Notes under the pieces: generated by a model
What the model saw: only the letters and a program-made list of their open reading frames with translations
The model's database searches: none
What the model was told of the DNA's origin: nothing
Part shown: positions 18,128 to 28,132 of the stretch, piece after piece
Numbering within the stretch: position 1 is the stretch's first letter
Layout of the letters: every line of letters starts with the position of its first letter
Made by a program: the position numbers and the translations under genes
DNA from: Puia sp.
GTDB taxonomy: Bacteria; Bacteroidota; Bacteroidia; Chitinophagales; Chitinophagaceae
DNA length: 34,737 bases
Direction: 5' to 3'
Assembly (NCBI GenBank): GCA_036496825.1
Contig: DASXKM010000342.1
Span: 1 to 34,737 of the forward strand

Positions 18128-19567
18128 TTATTCTGACTTAAAAATATCTTTCAAAACACATTTCGCAGATTGGTAACCACACATACCATGAACACCTCCG
18201 CCCGGTGGTGTGGATGCAGAGCAAAGGTAAATGCTCTTTGCCGGGGTTCGATAAGGCGAAAGTCTGAGTGCCGGCCTGGTAAAAAGCTGCCGGATATCCT
18301 GTTCGCCTCCGTTTATACTCCCTCCCACATTATTCGGATTATATTCCTCCATTGCGTTTGTGTCCATTGTGTGAACCGCCAGTATTCGTTCCCTGAATCC
18401 GGGAGCAAACCGTTCAACCTGTTTTTCAATGGTTGCGCGCATATCACGCACCGATCCGTTGGGCACGTGACAATAGGCCCAGGCCGTATGTTTTCCTGTA
18501 GGTGCACGCGTTGGATCGAAAATACTCTGCTGGGCAAGAAGGACAAAAGGTTTTTCGGGATGCTCACCTTTTGAAGTGATTTGTTCGCTTAATGCGATTT
18601 CCTTATAAGAATTTCCCAAGTGAATTGTCCCGGCCTGTCCGCAGGGAGCGGCTCTAAACGGGATCGGCGCATCGAGCGCCCAATCGATCTTATAGACGCC
18701 CATACCGTAACGGTATTCTTCTAACTGACTCCTGTATGAAGATGAAAATTCATTTCCGGCAATCCGTAATATCTGTTTGGGAGAAAGATCCAGAACGAAC
18801 GCCCTGGCACTTGGAAGGTCATTTAATTTCTCAATCCGGAAACCTGTTTGTATTTGTCCGCCAATGGATACAAAGTAAGCAGCGAGTGCATCGGCTAATT
18901 TCTGTGACCCTCCTTTTATAATCGGCCATCCTTTCAGATGGCCCTGGATCATCAATACCAATCCTGCCGCGGAACTGGCTATTTTTGAAAACGGAAGAAA
19001 ACCATGGGCAGCCGTTCCTGCAAATAGACCTTTTGCTTTTTCATCCTTAAAATATTTTCGGCACAAAGTGTTTGCCGGGAGCAAAGCGCTCATTCCAAAA
19101 TTTGCCATGGCCAGCGGATGACGTGGAATCCGCAGCGGCCCAAGAACATCGGACTCTATCAAATGCCATTCACTTAACAGACGCGAAAATAATTTTGTAT
19201 AAGACTCTCCGTCATTACCCAGAGCGGATGCCGTTTTTTGCAGCGAGCATTCAAGCCATGATGCGCTTCCATCATCAAAGGGATGCGCTACAGCATATTT
19301 CGGAAAAATATATTCCAGTCCGAATTCATTCAGTGGAAGGGATGAAAAAAATGGGGAGCTGGCTGCCATCGGATGAATGGCGGCGCCGATATCATGTGTA
19401 AATCCGGGCAGGGTTAATTCCGCAGAACGCATATTACCGCCAAGCGTGGAGTCAGCTTCAATCAATAATATTTTCAAACCGGATTTTTGCAGTGTGATAG
19501 CTGCTGACAAACCATTGGGACCTGAGCCGACAACGACCGCATCAAAATCAACGGCTGACCATTTCAT
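18128..19567 (-). CDS. FAD-dependent oxidoreductase, phytoene dehydrogenase-like family
   Basis: DAVVVGSGPNGL Rossmann motif, WAYCHVP and STPPGGGVHGMCG. Confidence 0.88.
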   Translation of the reverse strand: MKWSAVDFDAVVVGSGPNGLSAAITLQKSGLKILLIEADSTLGGNMRSAELTLPGFTHDIGAAIHPMAASSPFFSSLPLNEFGLEYIFPKYAVAHPFDDGSASWLECSLQKTASALGNDGESYTKLFSRLLSEWHLIESDVLGPLRIPRHPLAMANFGMSALLPANTLCRKYFKDEKAKGLFAGTAAHGFLPFSKIASSAAGLVLMIQGHLKGWPIIKGGSQKLADALAAYFVSIGGQIQTGFRIEKLNDLPSARAFVLDLSPKQILRIAGNEFSSSYRSQLEEYRYGMGVYKIDWALDAPIPFRAAPCGQAGTIHLGNSYKEIALSEQITSKGEHPEKPFVLLAQQSIFDPTRAPTGKHTAWAYCHVPNGSVRDMRATIEKQVERFAPGFRERILAVHTMDTNAMEEYNPNNVGGSINGGEQDIRQLFTRPALRLSPYRTPAKSIYLCSASTPPGGGVHGMCGYQSAKCVLKDIFKSE

Positions 19568-19613
19568 CCTTAAAGGTAAACATTGATCAATCGATGTGCT
19601 ACTTACAACCCGA

Positions 19614-19650
19614 TGCCTGGCCTCCTGCCTGCTGCTTCAGGCCTCCTGCC
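19614..19650. repeat. Degenerate 7-nt tandem repeat (CCTNCTG-like)
   Basis: tgcctgg cctcctg cctgctg cttcagg cctcctg cc. GGCCTCCTGCC occurs twice, 21 nt apart, directly after the tricorn stop. Confidence 0.5.
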
Positions 19651-19652
19651 CT

Positions 19653-22600
19653 TTACCGTTTTTCGTAAGGAGGAGTTTTAGGTGCCGCATATCCCTTTTT
19701 TTGAATTTCATCTTTTATCTCTGCAATGGCACGTACCAGTTGAGGATCGATTCCTTTTGCCATGCTGCCCAGATCCTCTCTCACTTCAATATCGGGATCT
19801 ACGCCATGCCCTTCTTTGAACCATGTACCGTCAGGATTCATCATCCTGAAACTGGGAACTGTAATTGCGCCGCCATCAATCAGATCGGGTGCGCCACTGA
19901 TACCTATAAGCCCTCCCCAGGTTCTGGCACCGATCAGCGGACCAAGACCCCTTTTTCTGAAATAATCCGGGAACGCATCGCCCCCCGATCCGCTCCATCC
20001 ATTGATGAGCATTACTTTCGGACCAAAATTTGAAAATGGCGGCCATGGCAGGGATTCGCCATCCCGGGTAGCCCAATATGCCAAAGGTGTTCTATTTAAT
20101 AATTCAATAAACCGATCCGGAATCTGACCACCATCATTGAAACGTTCATCAATAATTAAAGCTTTTTTATCCCATTGAGCATTGAATTGCCGGATGAGTT
20201 CATTCTGTCCGTCGATACCTGTACTGGGCACGAATATATAACCAACTTCGCCGTTGGTGGATGTCTCTACCTGTTTTCTGTTTCCTTCTATCCATGCAAG
20301 ATTTCGCAAACGGTACTCATCGCCCATGGTTTGAACCACTACCTTCCTTGCAGTATTCCAGGAGGGTGTTGTATTATAGGTAAGCTCTACCGGCTTATTT
20401 GAAAGGTCCTGGAATAACTCAAAGGGCTCATGTGCCGTTGTTAAAGGCATTCCGTTTACCGCCAGAATATAATCTCCTTCCCTGATCATTACCCCAGGCC
20501 GGTCAAGAGAAGATCTGGCTTCCGCATCCCAGGGTGCTGCGCGAATAATTTGCTTTACTTTATAATAACTGCCATCCGCTTCCCAGTTAACACCCAAATA
20601 TCCGACGGCAGAATGTTTTTCTGTTTCCAGATCACCGCCTCCATGATAGGTATGGGATGAACTCAGCTCTCCGATCATTTCACCAATGATAAAATCAACT
20701 TCCTCGCGGGTCATCGCGCCTTTCATCATCTTTGCATATCGTTCTTTCACCAGGTTCCAATCCACGCCGTGCATGGTGGAATCATAAAAAAAGTCACGTT
20801 CAAGTCTCCAGGCATCATTAAATATCTGCTGCCATTCCTGCACCGGATCAACCAGCATTTTCATTTCGGCAATACGCAACGGTTTTTCAAATTTCTGGTT
20901 TTCTTCTCCCTTCACGATTGCCCAGGTGTTGTCGCGGTGTAGCAGTAATTTGTTTCTGTTCGCGGATAACTGAAAGTCATCAATATTTGCCAGAATGGTC
21001 TTCACCTCCCGTTTGTCGATATCATAATACTTCAGCGTAGCTTGTTTTTCAGCAGAACCGGTTCCGGGAGATTGTAATAAATAAATCTTCGCCTTGTCGG
21101 CATCCAGACTTATATAATGACCGGAAGGAATGGGAAGAATGACCATTCTGAATTCCAGACCATCCGGTTCAATATCGACCGGCTTCACCACTTCTTTTTC
21201 TGCTTTTGACGCAGGTCCATTCGGTCCTTTCTTGTTTTTGCTGCTGTCGGTTTTGGCATTTTCTGGCTCCTGCTTTTCAGATTGTACAGCTACGGTATCA
21301 TTCTTGGGATATAATAATGAAGGAGTTGTTTTCTTCAGAGAAATCGCAGCTATCTGACTGGCATTCCCATATATAAATGAATTATCAATATCGCTATAAG
21401 AGGGGTTGAAGGACTGATTCGTTAAGAGGTAAATATATTTTCCTTCGGGATCAAAAACCGGATTACTGCAATCGTAATAACCATCAGTAATCTGTCTCTT
21501 CACCTGACCGTGGGAATCAAAAAGAAAAATAGCATTATGCGAATTTTCAAGATCGCGGCTATAGACAAACCACCGGCTGTCGGATGACCAGCTGACGGTG
21601 AATCCCTCCAAACTTCCTTCCGAATAACGAAGGGCCTTATCAATTTGTGTTGTCCGTCCGCTATTCAGATCATACATCTGAACGCGCATGGCCTTGTCAA
21701 TAAACGCAATTTTCTTGTTGTCGGGCGACCAGAACAGTCTGTATCTGAACCCCGGCCCGTAGGAAGTTAGTTTTTTTGAATCGGCGGTGAACGAGTTATA
21801 TGGTGAAATATACAGTTCATATTCGCCTGAGCGATCGCTCCAGTATGCTATATTTTTTCCATCCGGCGACCAGGCCGGATAACGTTCAGCAATACCTGAT
21901 GTTTGCGTCAGATTTTTCACAAATCCATTTTCCGCCGGCAGAGAAAATATTTCCCCCCGTGCACTCAAAAGCACCCGGTTGCCATCCGGACTGATAAAAC
22001 TTTGCTGAATCACTTTTTCCGTGCTTACCCATTTTGGTTTCAGCGCTGTTTCATCCGTCATCACGGTTACCTTTACTTCTTTCAATTGCTTGGAATCCAG
22101 TTGATAAAGCCATAACTTCCCGGCGGCTTCAAAAACGATATCCTTCGGACCCAGCGAAGGAAAGTGCACGTCATAATCGGTAAAATGGGTTATCTGCTCA
22201 AAAGATTTAGATCCCAAATTGTACCGCCACAAATTCATACGGAGATCGGCTCCGCGGTCTGATAAAAAATAAATCATGTTCCCGGTCCACATCGGGAACT
22301 CATCGCCGGCTGATTCTGATCCCGAAATATTTTCGGAAATGAGTGTCTTAAAATTGAAAATATTAATATCCGCTTTCCACCCACCCCGGTAACGTTTCCA
22401 GTTCCGTCCCGCCTGTGTACGAAAAGTCAGGGCCATTTGATTGCCGTCAGGTGAATAGGATCCGAATTCTGCATAGGCAAGTGGCAATTTGGATGCGGGT
22501 CCTCCGGAAACCGGTACCGTATAGAATTGATTGAACCTGGCTTTTCCACTTTCCCTGTTGGAAGCAAACAAAATATTTTTACCATCCGGTGTCCAGTCGA

Positions 22601-22934
22601 CAACCCGGTCTGTATACCCATGTTCCGTGAGCCGGACGGGAACGCCACCCGTTACAGAAAGCGCATATACATCCTTGTTGCCATCATAGTTACCTGTAAA
22701 TGCGATCGATTTTCCATCGGGCGAGAATTTCGGAAATGATTCCACACCGGGGGGTGAACTGATTTTATAGGCTTCACCTCCTTCTCTGGGCACCATCCAC
22801 AAGTCGTTCGCATAAGAAAATACAATCTGGTTTTCCGACACGTCGGGATACCGGAACAGTCCTGCATCAATTTGTGCATTCAGATTATCAAGAAATAATA
22901 CAAAGCTTATAAAGCAAATGATCCGTTTTCTCAT
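19653..22934 (-). CDS. Tricorn-like protease (peptidase S41), secreted
   Basis: Signal peptide, beta-propeller repeats (PKFSPDG, WSPDG), ELSSSHTY, a PDZ-like segment, IIDERFNDGG, catalytic SGSGGD and RTWGG. Start ATG 22934 or TTG 22940. Confidence 0.93.
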   Translation of the reverse strand: MRKRIICFISFVLFLDNLNAQIDAGLFRYPDVSENQIVFSYANDLWMVPREGGEAYKISSPPGVESFPKFSPDGKSIAFTGNYDGNKDVYALSVTGGVPVRLTEHGYTDRVVDWTPDGKNILFASNRESGKARFNQFYTVPVSGGPASKLPLAYAEFGSYSPDGNQMALTFRTQAGRNWKRYRGGWKADINIFNFKTLISENISGSESAGDEFPMWTGNMIYFLSDRGADLRMNLWRYNLGSKSFEQITHFTDYDVHFPSLGPKDIVFEAAGKLWLYQLDSKQLKEVKVTVMTDETALKPKWVSTEKVIQQSFISPDGNRVLLSARGEIFSLPAENGFVKNLTQTSGIAERYPAWSPDGKNIAYWSDRSGEYELYISPYNSFTADSKKLTSYGPGFRYRLFWSPDNKKIAFIDKAMRVQMYDLNSGRTTQIDKALRYSEGSLEGFTVSWSSDSRWFVYSRDLENSHNAIFLFDSHGQVKRQITDGYYDCSNPVFDPEGKYIYLLTNQSFNPSYSDIDNSFIYGNASQIAAISLKKTTPSLLYPKNDTVAVQSEKQEPENAKTDSSKNKKGPNGPASKAEKEVVKPVDIEPDGLEFRMVILPIPSGHYISLDADKAKIYLLQSPGTGSAEKQATLKYYDIDKREVKTILANIDDFQLSANRNKLLLHRDNTWAIVKGEENQKFEKPLRIAEMKMLVDPVQEWQQIFNDAWRLERDFFYDSTMHGVDWNLVKERYAKMMKGAMTREEVDFIIGEMIGELSSSHTYHGGGDLETEKHSAVGYLGVNWEADGSYYKVKQIIRAAPWDAEARSSLDRPGVMIREGDYILAVNGMPLTTAHEPFELFQDLSNKPVELTYNTTPSWNTARKVVVQTMGDEYRLRNLAWIEGNRKQVETSTNGEVGYIFVPSTGIDGQNELIRQFNAQWDKKALIIDERFNDGGQIPDRFIELLNRTPLAYWATRDGESLPWPPFSNFGPKVMLINGWSGSGGDAFPDYFRKRGLGPLIGARTWGGLIGISGAPDLIDGGAITVPSFRMMNPDGTWFKEGHGVDPDIEVREDLGSMAKGIDPQLVRAIAEIKDEIQKKGYAAPKTPPYEKR

Positions 22935-23096
22935 TTTCAAAATTTTTGGCTGATAAATTTATCGAAATCTATTTGCACTATTCGTTAAATAATGGGGGAA
23001 TTATTTTCGCAAAAATATGTGCTTCTAATGTAGTACCTTAAAAAATCATAGTCATATATTTCATTTCTTTATTTTTTCTTCCCCTAACCACTATTT

Positions 23097-23801
23097 ATGA
23101 AATTTTACTTTAGCCTGCTGTTATTTTGCTTCTTCTACACATCCATTGCCTTTTCACAAGCAGTCGCAAGTCCGGACAGTTTAATTAACAAAATATCGGA
23201 CAGCCTGATTAAAAAATCATCTGCTGATTACGCAAAAAATATTCGGGACAGTGTTGTAAAAAATGTAAAGGACAGTCTTTTCTGGACCAATCTGGAAAAA
23301 ACAGCCACATACCCGGTTATAAAAAATAGCAAATGGTCAGGCGTTTTCGCCGCCAGGAATGTAACGGAAAAGCCCGATGCCACTATGAAATACAAATTGC
23401 TTTTCAATATGACCATCTGGTCCAAAGACAGTACCGGTCGGCGTAAACTGAATGAAGGGTTAGCAGAAATCGGGCGCATCATCAACCTCCATGTGGCTTC
23501 GGGTGTACCCAGAGAAAATCTGGAACTAGCCATCGTTATTCATGGTGGTGCCATGAATACTTATTTGAAAAATGAAGCCTTTCACAAAAAATTCCAAACA
23601 GATAATCCAAACCTGGATATCCTGAAACAATTCACAGATCTGCATGCCAGCCTGATGGCCTGCGGACAGGCAGAAATATTTTTCCGCATTCCTGCAGAAG
23701 ATATGATCCCGGAAGTAAAAACGGCTTTCAGTGCCCAGGTTGTACTTTCTACCTATCAGCTAAAGGGATATGTACTTTATAATATCGAAGAAGAGAAATA
23801 A
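23097..23801 (+). CDS. Secreted DsrE/DsrF-like family protein
   Basis: Signal peptide, RIINLH, IVIHGGA, NPN, MACGQA and C-terminal YQLKGY. Confidence 0.75.
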   Translation: MKFYFSLLLFCFFYTSIAFSQAVASPDSLINKISDSLIKKSSADYAKNIRDSVVKNVKDSLFWTNLEKTATYPVIKNSKWSGVFAARNVTEKPDATMKYKLLFNMTIWSKDSTGRRKLNEGLAEIGRIINLHVASGVPRENLELAIVIHGGAMNTYLKNEAFHKKFQTDNPNLDILKQFTDLHASLMACGQAEIFFRIPAEDMIPEVKTAFSAQVVLSTYQLKGYVLYNIEEEK

Positions 23802-23846
23802 CTTCTGGCAGTTATGACGGTTCCGTAATGAGATCGCTGTTCCAAA

Positions 23847-25073
23847 CTATCTCCTGGCGTGAGCCATCCTGGAATCTGATTTTACGATGTACTCTAATGC
23901 ATTACATAAAGCGTCTATTTCTTCCTCCGTATTGTAGTAATGAACGGACGCTCTGACAACGGTTGTCAGACTGTTCCTGTTCATATAAATCAATGTTGAT
24001 TCAGCCAACCCCACGGAGACATTTATTTTTTTTTCGGCAAGTTCCTTTTTGACGTGCGAACTGCCTATGCCAGACACCGAAAAAGTAACAATCCCGCTTT
24101 TTTGTTCTCCGTGGTCATGTATATCAATCCCATCAATTTCTGCCAGTTGCCGTCGCATAGTGGCGGCCAGGTATTGTACCCGCTGCCAGATCCTTCCCAT
24201 TCCAATATCCAGTGCGTATTCAATGGCTTTCCCCAGTCCCAGCGTCAGTGCCCGGTTCCTTTCGAACAATTCAAAACGCCTGGCATCCTTTCTTATTTCG
24301 AAAGCGTTTTCATTTATCAGATGTGCCGTATGCCCATCCATAAAAATGATTTTCAAGTCATCCTGAATCTCCTTTCTCACGTATAAAAAGCCGGTTCCGC
24401 GAGGCCCGCGCAAATATTTTCTGCCTGTTGCCGATAAGATATCACAGCCGATTTCTTTTACATTGATGGGTATCTGTCCAACCGTCTGACAGGCATCCAC
24501 CAGGTATAAAATATTGTGCCTGCGTGCTATTTTTCCGATCTCAACGACTGGTACCACGGTTCCGGCAGTGGAAGCTATTTGGGTGATCGCGATCAGCTTC
24601 GTCTTTGATGTGATGGCATTTTCGAGCGCCTGAAGAGAAAAATTTCCCAAGTCATCATTCGGAATCACTTTTATCTGTATACCGTATGTCTGTTCTGCGT
24701 TCAGGAAGCCCAGGATATTCGTTACATATTCCATTTCAGAAGTAATAATTTCATCGCCCTGCTGAAATTTGATGCCATTGAAAGCCAGTCCCCATGCCAT
24801 ACTTGCATTTTCCACAATGGCCACTTCATTCTTTTCCGCATGAATCAGCCGGGCAATGAGTTGGTATACATTTTCCAGCTGCTCTTTGTATTTATATTCT
24901 GTTTCATATCCACCCCGGCCTGCTTCTTCGCTTAAATATTGAATAACCGTTTCAACCACCATGTCCGGTGGCAGGGAGGCACCGGCATTGTTAAAATGGG
25001 TCCACTCAGAAGTTCCCTTTGTTTCGGTACGGAATTTCTGGATTTCCTTTGCGCTGAAAGTTTTTATCTCCAT
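23847..25073 (-). CDS. Class V PLP-dependent enzyme (EgtE-like C-S lyase/aminotransferase)
   Basis: HFNNAGASL, VDACQTVGQ, PLP lysine in SATGRKYLRGPRGTG, and RASVHYYN. Start at ATG 25073. Confidence 0.85.
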   Translation of the reverse strand: MEIKTFSAKEIQKFRTETKGTSEWTHFNNAGASLPPDMVVETVIQYLSEEAGRGGYETEYKYKEQLENVYQLIARLIHAEKNEVAIVENASMAWGLAFNGIKFQQGDEIITSEMEYVTNILGFLNAEQTYGIQIKVIPNDDLGNFSLQALENAITSKTKLIAITQIASTAGTVVPVVEIGKIARRHNILYLVDACQTVGQIPINVKEIGCDILSATGRKYLRGPRGTGFLYVRKEIQDDLKIIFMDGHTAHLINENAFEIRKDARRFELFERNRALTLGLGKAIEYALDIGMGRIWQRVQYLAATMRRQLAEIDGIDIHDHGEQKSGIVTFSVSGIGSSHVKKELAEKKINVSVGLAESTLIYMNRNSLTTVVRASVHYYNTEEEIDALCNALEYIVKSDSRMAHARR

Positions 25074-25112
25074 GAAATTTTTATACAAAGTAAACACCTA
25101 AAACAACCACAA

Positions 25113-25149
25113 AACAGATGCAGAATTACTAATTTTGAGCATAACAGAT
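25113..25149 (+). promoter_or_regulatory. Divergent control region: TAnnTTTG -7 box flanked by AACAGAT direct repeats (candidate MocR operator)
   Basis: TAATTTTG at 25130-25137; AACAGAT at 25113-25119 and 25143-25149. Confidence 0.55.
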
Positions 25150-25153
25150 TAAG

Positions 25154-26611
25154 ATGGAACCGACAACCACTTCTATCGTTCATGATTTCCTGTACTTACG
25201 TATCGCCGGCCGTCTCGAAAATCAGATAAGGCAAAATCTCCTGAAATCGGGGGATAAGCTACCATCCGTGCGGGCATTAAGTCGGGAGCAGGGTATCAGT
25301 CTGAGCACTGCATTCAAGGCTTATGTGGAACTGGAATCCATGGGCATGATTGAAGCAAAACCAAAATCAGGTTATTATGTCAGGGTTCTGCCGGCCAGAT
25401 TTTCAAAGGCCCCGGAAATTAAACCGCCGCTAAAAAAGATCAGGCGGGTAAGTGTTACGCAGATGATTGCCATGATACATCAAAATATGGAGGAAGAAGC
25501 TGTATTGCGATTGTCACTGTCTGCGCCTCCTGTTAATCTGTTACCATTGGCGAAGCTGAGTAAGTCGATGGCGGAAGCGATTCGTAAAAGTCCGAATGGC
25601 AATATTAATTACGAGAATGTACAGGGAAATATTTCCCTTCGAAAACAGATCGCCAAACAGGCTTTCAGCTGGGGAGGCAATATCACCGAAAATGACGTGG
25701 TTACCACACAGGGTTGCATGGAAGCACTGGTATTTTGTCTGCGGGCTGTTACCAAACCGGGCGACACCGTTGCCATCGAAAGCCCAACCTATTTTGGAAT
25801 ATTCAATGTAATGCTCAGCCTGGAATTAAATGTTTTGGAAATTCCGGTTCATCCTGAAAATGGGGCGGACATTGAATATCTGAAAAAGGCTATGGAAAAA
25901 GTGGAAATAAAAGCCTGTCTGTTTGTAACCAATTTTAGTAATCCGGTTGGCAGCTGTATGCCCGATGAAAAGAAAGAAAAACTCGTTCGTTTTTTAACGA
26001 AGAAAAAAATACCATTGATCGAAGATGATATTTACGGAGAAATATATTTTGGAAAAAGCCGGCCCCGCACCTGCAAAAGTTTCGACAGGAACGGCTGGGT
26101 ATTGCTATGTTCTTCCGTATCTAAATCCCTGGCACCGGGTTACCGGGTTGGATGGTGTATACCAGGCAGATTTAAGGATCAGGTTATTCAAATAAAAAGT
26201 ATGCACACGGTTACATCCGCAACGCCAACACAGGCAGCCATCGGCCATTTTCTTGAAACCGGTCGTTATGACCTGCATATGCGAAATCTGAGAAGGGGTT
26301 TGTATATCCAATGTCAGCAGTATACGCAGGCAATTTTGGATTATTTCCCTCCCAACACTAAAATAACGCGACCGACGGGTGGATATGTATTATGGATCGA
26401 ACTCGATAAAAATATCGATGCATTCAGGCTTTACCAGGAAGCACTGGCAAAAAATATCAGCATCGCACCCGGACAGATTTTCAGTACCGATTCACGCTTC
26501 ACCCATTTTATACGCATCAGTTTCGGAATCAGTTTTGACGAAACGATCGATAAAAGTATCAGGGTTCTTGGCAACCTCGTAAAAGCGCAAGGCGCAAGGC
26601 TTAAGGCTTAA
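25154..26611 (+). CDS. GntR/MocR family PLP-dependent transcriptional regulator
   Basis: wHTH GDKLPSVRALSRE...SGYYV, then an aminotransferase domain with IEDDIYGE and SVSKSLAPGYRVGW. Confidence 0.93.
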   Translation: MEPTTTSIVHDFLYLRIAGRLENQIRQNLLKSGDKLPSVRALSREQGISLSTAFKAYVELESMGMIEAKPKSGYYVRVLPARFSKAPEIKPPLKKIRRVSVTQMIAMIHQNMEEEAVLRLSLSAPPVNLLPLAKLSKSMAEAIRKSPNGNINYENVQGNISLRKQIAKQAFSWGGNITENDVVTTQGCMEALVFCLRAVTKPGDTVAIESPTYFGIFNVMLSLELNVLEIPVHPENGADIEYLKKAMEKVEIKACLFVTNFSNPVGSCMPDEKKEKLVRFLTKKKIPLIEDDIYGEIYFGKSRPRTCKSFDRNGWVLLCSSVSKSLAPGYRVGWCIPGRFKDQVIQIKSMHTVTSATPTQAAIGHFLETGRYDLHMRNLRRGLYIQCQQYTQAILDYFPPNTKITRPTGGYVLWIELDKNIDAFRLYQEALAKNISIAPGQIFSTDSRFTHFIRISFGISFDETIDKSIRVLGNLVKAQGARLKA

Positions 26612-26652
26612 GGCTAAGGTTCTTCACTCTTATACTTTTATACTCTTATACT
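26585..26652. repeat. Adjacent 7-mer and 8-mer tandem repeats between convergent genes
   Basis: gcgcaag gcgcaag gcttaag gcttaag gctaag, then actcttat acttttat actcttat act. Confidence 0.75.
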
Positions 26653-28024
26653 ATCGATGTTGTTTCAGTTTCGCAGTAAAGTGTCTTAGCATGGGCGCTT
26701 CCTCAATAATATGCAGCCCTTTTATTTTGTCTCTGTTATTAAATACTTCAATGATTACTTCCGCCACATAATCAATATGACTTTGCGTATATACTCTTCT
26801 GGGAAAGGCCAGTCGCACCAGTTCGAGCTGGGCAGGAATAAGTTGATTGTCCTTATCATATTTTCCAAACATCAGTGAACCGATTTCGACACTGCGGATA
26901 CCTCCATGCAGATACAAAGCGCCCACCAATGCCTGACCTGGATATTGTGTTACGGGAATATGCTCAAGAAACTTCTTTGCATCCAGATACACCGCATGAC
27001 CACCGGCGGGCTGCATGATGGGCACATCAGCCGATATCAATTTATTGGCGAGGTATTCAATACTTCGTATTCTGTATTGCAAATAATTCTCGTCCATTAC
27101 TTCCTTCAATCCGATTGCGATCGCTTCCAGATCTCTGCCCGCCAGTCCTCCATAAGTCGGAAACCCCTCGGTGATTACCAACAGGTTTCTGCATTTTAAT
27201 GCAAGATCTTCATTTCGCATGGCGAGAAACCCACCGATATTGGCAAAAGCATCTTTCTTCGCACTCATCGTGCAGCCGTCAGCATACGAAAAAAGTTCGC
27301 GGGCAATTTCAAAAACCGGCTTATCATGATATCCCTCCTCCCGCAATTTTATAAAATAGGAATTCTCGGCAAACCGGCAGGCATCAATAAAAACCGGGAT
27401 ATTATTTTCAGAACAAATCTTTTTTACGGACCGGATGTTTTGCATGCTGACGGGCTGACCACCACCGGAGTTGTTGGTCACCGTAATAATACAAAGTGGA
27501 ATATTTTCGGCACCTTTTTCGTGAATGATTTTTTTGAGAGCCACCAGGTCCATATTACCTTTAAACGGTGCTGGAACGGCCGGATACTTTCCTTCTTCAC
27601 AAATCAGATCAATGCCTTCCGCACCGGAGAATTCAATATTGGCCCGTGTAGTATCGAACAGGGTATTGCTCAAAAAATATTTACCCTTCCCTCCAAGTAT
27701 ACTGAATAATATTTTTTCGGATGCCCTGCCCTGGTGGGTTGGAATTACCAGCGGCAAACCGGTGATTTCCTGTATGGTCTCTTCAAAACGAAAGAAACTC
27801 GGGCTGCCTGCATATGATTCATCACCATGCATGATGCCTGCCCATTGACTGCTGCTCATGGCACTCGTTCCGCTGTCAGTTAATAAATCGATTAATACAT
27901 CTTTCGACCGGATGAGAAAGGGATTATAGAAAGCCTTTTCCAGGATTAGTTTTCGTTCTTCGGCTGTATTGAAATAAATGGGCTCAACAGATTTTATCCT
28001 GAATGGTTCTATGATTGTCTTCAT
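26651..28024 (-). CDS. tnaA: Tryptophanase (tryptophan indole-lyase)
   Basis: EPFRIKSVE, IDLLTDSGT and MSAKKD (PLP lysine). FDTT and LRHFTA match tryptophanase rather than tyrosine phenol-lyase (FTTT, LRFFTA). Confidence 0.92.
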   Translation of the reverse strand: MKTIIEPFRIKSVEPIYFNTAEERKLILEKAFYNPFLIRSKDVLIDLLTDSGTSAMSSSQWAGIMHGDESYAGSPSFFRFEETIQEITGLPLVIPTHQGRASEKILFSILGGKGKYFLSNTLFDTTRANIEFSGAEGIDLICEEGKYPAVPAPFKGNMDLVALKKIIHEKGAENIPLCIITVTNNSGGGQPVSMQNIRSVKKICSENNIPVFIDACRFAENSYFIKLREEGYHDKPVFEIARELFSYADGCTMSAKKDAFANIGGFLAMRNEDLALKCRNLLVITEGFPTYGGLAGRDLEAIAIGLKEVMDENYLQYRIRSIEYLANKLISADVPIMQPAGGHAVYLDAKKFLEHIPVTQYPGQALVGALYLHGGIRSVEIGSLMFGKYDKDNQLIPAQLELVRLAFPRRVYTQSHIDYVAEVIIEVFNNRDKIKGLHIIEEAPMLRHFTAKLKQHR

Positions 28025-28089
28025 ACAACGTATCGTTTAGAAGTGAAATAAAAAGGAGGAAATAAATATTGCGGGAACGCGCTGGAAAT

Positions 28090-28128
28090 TCAGGAGGGAC
28101 GACCAATGATATTTTTCCAAATCTGCAT
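28090..28128 (-). CDS. Candidate tryptophanase leader peptide (MQIWKNIIGRPS)
   Basis: ATG CAG ATT TGG AAA AAT ATC ATT GGT CGT CCC TCC TGA. Starts 4 nt after a -7-like box, contains one Trp, and ends 65 nt before tnaA. Confidence 0.55.
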   Translation of the reverse strand: MQIWKNIIGRPS

Positions 28129-28132
28129 CCGG

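Noticed and set aside
18128-19567. Carotenoid biosynthesis (crtI)
   Set aside because: There are no crtB/crtY neighbours, and the motifs fit the broader uncharacterised phytoene-dehydrogenase-like group.
26585-26652. CRISPR array
   Set aside because: Units are 7-8 nt with no spacers, and there are no cas genes.
26651-28024. Tyrosine phenol-lyase assignment
   Set aside because: FDTT, MSAKKD and LRHFTA favour tryptophanase.
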